From positions 1 through 12,941 of the forward strand of contig JAYEOX010000004.1 of the NCBI GenBank assembly GCA_034723415.1: a DNA stretch of 12,941 nt, in the 5' to 3' direction. This DNA is from Fidelibacterota bacterium (GTDB lineage Bacteria; Fidelibacterota; Fidelibacteria; Fidelibacterales; Fidelibacteraceae). A program made the position numbers and the translations under genes. Shown here in pieces: positions 7,047 to 12,941 of this stretch. The notes under the pieces are model-generated. The model did no database searches. It was given only the letters and a program-made list of their open reading frames with translations, and was not told the DNA's origin. Numbering within the stretch: position 1 is the first letter of the stretch; each line of letters opens with the position of its first letter.

Positions 7047-8315
7047 ATGCAGTCATTTTTTGCTAATTTAAATTTGTCATTACCAATATTATTGATAGTT
7101 GGAATAGTTGTCTTGATAAGTTTCTATATTGGCAAAAGTATGAAATATATAAGACTACCTTCTCTAATTGGCTATATGATCTTAGGTGTGATCTTTGGCC
7201 CTTCATTATTCAATTTATTAAATGAATCAGTGCAAGTATCATTATCATTTATTACGGAAATTGCTTTAGCATTAGTTGCATTAAGTATCGGATTTGAATT
7301 AAAATTATCTTCATTAAAAAAATTAGGAAGTGGAATTGTTTGGATAATTTTTGTTGAATCATTCGGAGCATTTATTTTGGTTTTTACAGCTGTTTTTTTA
7401 TATACAGGAAATTTACCATTGGCTTTGATCTTTGGAGGAATAGCTCCTGCCAGTGCTCCGGCCGGAACGGTCGCAGTTATTCAAGAATACAAAGCAAGGG
7501 GATTATTGACAAAATCACTTTATGCAATTGTCGGATTTGATGATGGACTTGGAATAATAATTTTTGGTTTTGCAGCAGCAATCGCCCGTTCGATTTTAAT
7601 ACATCAGACAGGAGTAGATACTGTTAGTTTTTTTGAACTGATCTGGCTTCCATTTAAGGAGATATTAATTAGTTTGGCTATTGGTGGCGGATTTTCGATT
7701 ATCATAAGTTTATTAGTTAGAAAACTAGAAAATTCTAGTGATATTCTGATAATATTGATTACTTTTATTTTTATATCTGTTGGAATTAGTCACATTTTTC
7801 ATATTTCAATAATATTAACTAATATGGTGGTGGGAATGATAATTGTAAATACGCAGGGTTTTTCAATTGTGCGTAAAATTAGTGAAAGATTACCTATTTT
7901 TATGCCATTACTTTTTATTTTATTTTTTACTTTAGCAGGAGCTAATTTATACATAAAGGCACTTCCATCATTAGGTTTGTTAGGAATTATATATGTTTTC
8001 GCGAGAGCGAGTGGTAAGTTTTTTGGTTCTAAACTTGGTGCTATAATTGGAAAAGCAAATGAAAATATTAGGAAATATGTTGGTTTGGGAATATTATCAC
8101 AAGCCGGTGTTGCAATTGGTTTAGCTATTATGGTAAAACAAGAATTCAAAGGATTAGGAAATGTGATCAATACTCAAGGAATTACAACCGGTGATAATTT
8201 AGGAGCTATAGTAATTACAACTGTTACTGCAACTTGTATATTTTTTGAGATCATTGGCCCAATTTTAACAAAATACGCTCTGACGAAAGCAGGTGAAATT
8301 AACAAATCAAGATAA
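7047..8315 (+). CDS. Cation:proton antiporter, CPA2 family
   Basis: 422-aa polytopic protein with LPSLIGYMILGVIFGP, IGFEL, ASAPAGT, VGFDDG (DD motif), RASGK and LSQAGVAIGL. Confidence 0.92.
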   Translation: MQSFFANLNLSLPILLIVGIVVLISFYIGKSMKYIRLPSLIGYMILGVIFGPSLFNLLNESVQVSLSFITEIALALVALSIGFELKLSSLKKLGSGIVWIIFVESFGAFILVFTAVFLYTGNLPLALIFGGIAPASAPAGTVAVIQEYKARGLLTKSLYAIVGFDDGLGIIIFGFAAAIARSILIHQTGVDTVSFFELIWLPFKEILISLAIGGGFSIIISLLVRKLENSSDILIILITFIFISVGISHIFHISIILTNMVVGMIIVNTQGFSIVRKISERLPIFMPLLFILFFTLAGANLYIKALPSLGLLGIIYVFARASGKFFGSKLGAIIGKANENIRKYVGLGILSQAGVAIGLAIMVKQEFKGLGNVINTQGITTGDNLGAIVITTVTATCIFFEIIGPILTKYALTKAGEINKSR

Positions 8316-8395
8316 TTATTTTAATTTTCAAAGTTCTAATTATTATTTACAGTTTTACGGAATACTTATTCATAAATAAAAAAATAAAATGTATA

Positions 8396-8424
8396 TTGTT
8401 TTATTGAATGAATTTTTGTAAAAT
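8396..8424 (+). promoter_or_regulatory. Possible sigma70-type promoter for nusB-secA
   Basis: TTGTTT (8396-8401)-N17-TAAAAT (8419-8424) in a 170-bp AT-rich spacer, so a chance match is possible. Confidence 0.3.
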
Positions 8425-8485
8425 TATAACTATGGAAGAGATATTAAATGTTACATAACTTTAAAATATATTTTAGGAATGATCA

Positions 8486-8956
8486 ATGAAAAGTAATAGA
8501 CGACACTCAAGAGAATTATGTTTGCAAGTATTATATTCATATATAATGACTTCGGATCCGATTAACCAAATTATTACTAATATTAAGAATATTGATTTAG
8601 AGGCAGCAACTGAATATGATGAAGATTTATTAGAAATGTTGGTTATTAAAACGATTAAAAATATGGAAATGATTGATGATAAAATTAAACAGAGAGCAAA
8701 AAACTGGAATTTTGATAGAATAGCATTGATAGATAAATTAATATTAAGGCAGTCAATTGCGGAATTATTATTTTGTGATGATGTTCCACCAAGAGTTACG
8801 ATCTCTGAAGCAATTGAATTAGGGAAAAATTATTCTACAGATGATAGTCATATATTTATCAATGGGATGCTTGACAGAATTTATCATGATTTTATTGAAG
8901 AAGGTAAATTGTTGCCAAGAATTGATTCAGAAGAAAAAAAAGAAGAAAAAGAATAA
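8486..8956 (+). CDS. nusB: Transcription antitermination factor NusB
   Basis: RRHSRELCLQVLY, NWNFDRIALIDKLILR and VTISEAIELGKNYS...FINGMLD. Confidence 0.96.
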   Translation: MKSNRRHSRELCLQVLYSYIMTSDPINQIITNIKNIDLEAATEYDEDLLEMLVIKTIKNMEMIDDKIKQRAKNWNFDRIALIDKLILRQSIAELLFCDDVPPRVTISEAIELGKNYSTDDSHIFINGMLDRIYHDFIEEGKLLPRIDSEEKKEEKE

Positions 8957-8988
8957 AATAATTGAAAAATATTTGATAAGGATAGTTT

Positions 8989-11985
8989 ATGTTTAGTAAT
9001 TTATTAAAAAAAATGTTTGGCACAAGTTCTGAGAGATATTTAAAGAATATTGAACATTATGTTGATGAAATAAATAGTAATTATGAAAAAATTGTTGATT
9101 GGACTCAAGACGATCTAAAAAATCGTACGGAAGAAATGATAGAATATATTGATAATAAAAGGGAAAAAGCAAGGAATAAAGCTGAGACAGAAAATTTAGA
9201 ACCGGAAAAGATAGATAGTGAGATATATAAAGCTGAACAATCTGCTTTAGATGAGTTAATGGTTGAAGCATTTGCAATGGTAAAAACAACTTGTAAACAA
9301 TTACTTGGTAAAGAATTTATGGTTGTTGGAAACAAGATGAAATGGGAAATGGTTCCATTTGATGTTCAATTATTGGGAGCAGTGGTTTTGCACAGAGGAG
9401 ATATTGCAGAAATGAAAACCGGCGAAGGTAAAACACTGGTTGCAACGATGCCAATATTTCTCAATGCTTTAACTAAAAGGGGAGTACATTTAGTAACTGT
9501 AAATGATTATCTCGCAGAACGAGATGCAGAATGGATGGGATTAATTTATAAATATTTAGGTTTAACGGTTGGGAAAATTCTTAACACTATGCCAAATGAA
9601 TTAAGAAAAGAAAATTATAATTGTGATATTATATATGGAACAAATAACGAATTCGGTTTTGATTATTTGCGTGATAATATGTCTGTTGATTTAGAGGATA
9701 CAGTTCAACGTGATTATTCTTATGCTATTGTTGATGAAGTCGATTCTGTGCTTATTGACGAAGCGAGAACACCATTAATTATTTCCGGTCCGGTTAAATC
9801 AAATACAAATGAATTGTTTAAAAAACTTAATCCGACAATAAAAGGTTTAGTTAGAGCACAGCAAAGATTAGTATCTAAAATTCTTACCGAGTTTGAAGAT
9901 ATGGATGAGAGTTCAGATGCGATCGAACGTGGAACAAAATTATTAGTTGCTCATAAAGGGTTGCCCAAAAATAAAAGATTAATGAAAAAATTACAAGAAC
10001 CGGGAATGCAGAAACTTTTATTTGATACTGAATCTTTTTACATACAAGAGAAAAAAATAGAACAGATTGAAGAGGAACTCTATTATTCAATTGACGAAAA
10101 AAATAATATAATAGATATTTCCGATAAGGGGCGGAATTTGCTTTCACCGAATGATCCCAACCAATTTATTATTCCTGATATCGGAGATGAATTTGCACAA
10201 ATAGATGAACAAAATGATCTTTCACATAAGGAAAAGGAAGAGAAAAAGAATGAAATTCAACGCCTTCACAGTAAAAGAAGTGAAACAATTCATAATTTAC
10301 AACAATTATTAAGAGCATATTCGCTTCATGAAAAAGATGTAGATTATGTAGTAAAAGAAGGAAAGGTTTTAATTGTTGATGAATTTACAGGCAGGATACT
10401 TCCTGGAAGGCGTTATAGTGAAGGTTTGCACCAAGCAATTGAAGCAAAAGAAAATGTAAAAATTGCAGGTCGAAATCAAACATTAGCTACAATTACATTA
10501 CAAAATTATTTTCGTATGTATGATAAACTTGCGGGAATGACTGGAACAGCTATAACAGAAGCAGATGAATTTCAGGATATTTACAAATTAGAAGTTGTAA
10601 CTGTTCCAACAAATAAACCATGTATAAGAGATGATAAGGAAGATCTTATCTACAAAACAAAAAGAGAAAAATATGCAGCAATAATTGATGAAATTTCTAA
10701 ATGTCATAAGAATGGACAGCCAGTATTAGTAGGAACAATCACAGTTGATGTTTCGGAAACAATAAGTAGAATTCTCAAGAGAACAAAAATACCACATAAT
10801 GTATTGAATGCAAAACAACATCAACGAGAAGCAGAAATAGTTTTACGGGCAGGGAATCCCGGAGCAGTAACAATTGCTACGAATATGGCAGGAAGAGGAA
10901 CAGATATAAAAATAACAGATGAAGTAAAAAATGTTGGTGGTTTAAAAATAATTGGAACTGAACGACATGAATCAAGAAGAATTGATCTTCAACTAAAAGG
11001 GCGTGCAGGAAGACAAGGAGATCCTGGCGAATCAGAATTTTTCTTATCACTTGAAGATAATTTAATGCGTCTATTTGGTAGTGAAAGAGTAAGTAATATT
11101 ATGGATAGAATAGGAATTGGTACTGGTGAAGTTATTACTCATTCAATGATTTCAAGATCAATTGAAAAAGCACAAAAAAAAGTTGAAGAGCGAAATTTTG
11201 GAATTAGAAAACATTTGTTGGAATATGATGATGTGATGAATCAACAAAGAGAAGTTATATATGACAGGCGGAATTATGCATTACACGGAGGTAATTTACA
11301 GGAAGAAATAGATACAATGATCAATGAATATATTGATGATATTGTTATGCAATTTACAGATAATCCTGAAATAGAATATTGGAATTGGGAAGCGTTGAGG
11401 CAAGAAACGATAAATGTGTTAATGACAGATATTCATCCTGACGAGTTTGATAATGAAATTAATAGAGAATTATTAAAGAAAAAATTAATTGAAAAGACAA
11501 AAAATACATATGAAAGGAAAAATGAAATTATTCCATCTGAAATAATGAGGCAGTTGGAGAAATGGGCATATTTAAGAACCATTGATAAATTATGGAAAGA
11601 ACATCTTTTTGAATTAGATCAAGTAAAAGAGGGTATTGGTTTACAAGCTTATGGGCAAAAGGATCCATTAATTGCATATAAATCTGAAGCATTTCGATTG
11701 TTTAAAGAATTATTAGATAGGATTAATCACGACTCTTTACAACTAATGTTTAGAACTGAGATAAGAACTGAGGAAAAACCGAAAACCAGTCAAAGTAAAA
11801 GAATGTCAACTCAACATGCAGCTTCAACAAATATGGGTTTTCAAAATGCCGGTCAAAATGATTCAAACAGCTCTGATAAAAAGAAAAAACAACCTTATGT
11901 AAGAAAAACAAAGAAAATTGGTAGAAATGATCCTTGTCCATGCGGAAGTGGGAAAAAATATAAAAATTGTTGTGGAAAAAGATAG
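8989..11985 (+). CDS. secA: Preprotein translocase subunit SecA with C-terminal SEC-C zinc motif
   Basis: Walker A MKTGEGKT, DEVDSVLIDEARTPLIISG, TNMAGRGTDI, GRAGRQGDPG and GRNDPCPCGSGKKYKNCCG. Confidence 0.99.
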   Translation: MFSNLLKKMFGTSSERYLKNIEHYVDEINSNYEKIVDWTQDDLKNRTEEMIEYIDNKREKARNKAETENLEPEKIDSEIYKAEQSALDELMVEAFAMVKTTCKQLLGKEFMVVGNKMKWEMVPFDVQLLGAVVLHRGDIAEMKTGEGKTLVATMPIFLNALTKRGVHLVTVNDYLAERDAEWMGLIYKYLGLTVGKILNTMPNELRKENYNCDIIYGTNNEFGFDYLRDNMSVDLEDTVQRDYSYAIVDEVDSVLIDEARTPLIISGPVKSNTNELFKKLNPTIKGLVRAQQRLVSKILTEFEDMDESSDAIERGTKLLVAHKGLPKNKRLMKKLQEPGMQKLLFDTESFYIQEKKIEQIEEELYYSIDEKNNIIDISDKGRNLLSPNDPNQFIIPDIGDEFAQIDEQNDLSHKEKEEKKNEIQRLHSKRSETIHNLQQLLRAYSLHEKDVDYVVKEGKVLIVDEFTGRILPGRRYSEGLHQAIEAKENVKIAGRNQTLATITLQNYFRMYDKLAGMTGTAITEADEFQDIYKLEVVTVPTNKPCIRDDKEDLIYKTKREKYAAIIDEISKCHKNGQPVLVGTITVDVSETISRILKRTKIPHNVLNAKQHQREAEIVLRAGNPGAVTIATNMAGRGTDIKITDEVKNVGGLKIIGTERHESRRIDLQLKGRAGRQGDPGESEFFLSLEDNLMRLFGSERVSNIMDRIGIGTGEVITHSMISRSIEKAQKKVEERNFGIRKHLLEYDDVMNQQREVIYDRRNYALHGGNLQEEIDTMINEYIDDIVMQFTDNPEIEYWNWEALRQETINVLMTDIHPDEFDNEINRELLKKKLIEKTKNTYERKNEIIPSEIMRQLEKWAYLRTIDKLWKEHLFELDQVKEGIGLQAYGQKDPLIAYKSEAFRLFKELLDRINHDSLQLMFRTEIRTEEKPKTSQSKRMSTQHAASTNMGFQNAGQNDSNSSDKKKKQPYVRKTKKIGRNDPCPCGSGKKYKNCCGKR

Positions 11986-11998
11986 AAAAAATATTTGT

Positions 11999-12021
11999 CA
12001 CCGAATACACCGAAAAAACAC
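11999..12021 (+). repeat. Short 9-bp-period repeat CACCGAA-ta-CACCGAA-aaaa-CAC downstream of secA
   Basis: CACCGAA at 11999-12005 and 12008-12014, with the same layout as the left arm at 2754-2780. Confidence 0.5.
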
Positions 12022-12181
12022 TTAAGAAATTTTTTGGTATGAAACAGAGAACGAAGAAAAAAAGCTGAGCAAATGTATAATTTAGGAATTGATTAGATTA
12101 TTGTGATGTTTGTGTAAAACGGACATGATTTCTAAATAAACTTGCAGATTATTAAAAATTAGTTATATACAGATAAAATTT

Positions 12182-12940
12182 ATGAACTTTTCAAATGCAA
12201 TAGTAAGGCAATCCGGAATAAATTTTGCTGATGGAATTACTACCCAATTGCAAAAACCCGATTATAAAAAAGCATTATTCCAACATGACAATTATTGTAA
12301 AATTTTAGAAAAGTGTGGATTAAAATTAATTATTCTTAAACCTGATTTGAGATACCCTGATGGAGAATTTGTTGAAGATACAGCAATTATAGCCGAAAAA
12401 ATGGCAATAATAACTCGGCCGGGAGATATGAAACGAAGAAATGAAACAAAAGAAATAAAATCAATTTTATCGAATTATAAAAAAATTGAGCAAATTATTT
12501 ATCCCGGTACAGTTGATGGTGGTGATATTTTACAAGTAGAAGATCACTTTTATATCGGTCACTCTGATAGAACAAATTTAGATGGAATTGACCAATTAAG
12601 ATCATCGTTTTCCAAATATGGTTATACTTCATCAGTTGTCCAAGTTGATAAAATTTTACATTTGAAGTCAGGTGTAAATTATTTAGGTAACGGAGTCATA
12701 ATTATCCAAGAAAAGTTGGTTGATTTGCCCATTTTCAATTCTTATAAAAAAGTAATTGTATCTGAAAACGAGAATTATTCGGCTAATTGTCTAAATATTA
12801 ATGGGAAAATACTGATTCCAAAAGGATATCATAACACAAAAAATAAATTACTAAGTATGAATTTCGAAATTATAGAATTGGAAATGAGTGAATTTATGAA
12901 AATGGATGGCGGCTTAACTTGTTTGTCACTTAGATTTTAA
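12182..12940 (+). CDS. Dimethylarginine dimethylaminohydrolase (DDAH) / amidinotransferase-family protein
   Basis: 252 aa with FVEDTA, VDGGD, HLKSG and C-terminal DGGLTCLSLRF (catalytic Cys). Complete, with TAA at 12938-12940. Confidence 0.92.
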   Translation: MNFSNAIVRQSGINFADGITTQLQKPDYKKALFQHDNYCKILEKCGLKLIILKPDLRYPDGEFVEDTAIIAEKMAIITRPGDMKRRNETKEIKSILSNYKKIEQIIYPGTVDGGDILQVEDHFYIGHSDRTNLDGIDQLRSSFSKYGYTSSVVQVDKILHLKSGVNYLGNGVIIIQEKLVDLPIFNSYKKVIVSENENYSANCLNINGKILIPKGYHNTKNKLLSMNFEIIELEMSEFMKMDGGLTCLSLRF

Positions 12941-12941
12941 A

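Noticed and set aside
1574..8170. Minus-strand ORFs within the ATPase/antiporter operon (e.g. 1574-2116, 2429-2698, 3464-3796, 7799-8170)
   Set aside because: Shadow ORFs opposite well-supported genes.
8993..12010. Minus-strand ORFs overlapping secA
   Set aside because: Antisense shadows with no independent evidence.
12182..12940. Functional link between the DDAH-like gene and secA or the ion-transport operon
   Set aside because: It is separated by a ~200-bp spacer and nothing in the sequence supports a link.

Overview
AT-rich bacterial window. The FCB-type SecA, Shine-Dalgarno use and sigma70-like promoters suggest a non-Bacteroidota FCB-group host (inference). The left end (1-1100, minus strand) is a promoterless PD-(D/E)XK nuclease gene with integron gene-cassette architecture. 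Its stop codon lies in a ~130 bp attC-like hairpin (1-130) and the matching core GTTACCTGC lies 5' of the gene (1079-1087). No integrase is next to this array-head site. Divergently, a V/A-type ATPase operon starts at subunit B (no A/E/C upstream) and runs B-D-I-K, with a Na+-type K subunit. It continues with an UncI/AtpI-like membrane protein, a PTS EIIA + PII-like fusion and a CPA2 cation/H+ antiporter. nusB, secA and a DDAH/amidinotransferase-family gene follow. Several short repeats (a REP-like motif and 9-bp-period CACGAA inverted repeats) sit in intergenic spaces, and one has been read into the C-terminus of AtpB. All family assignments are by motif recognition, not by database search.
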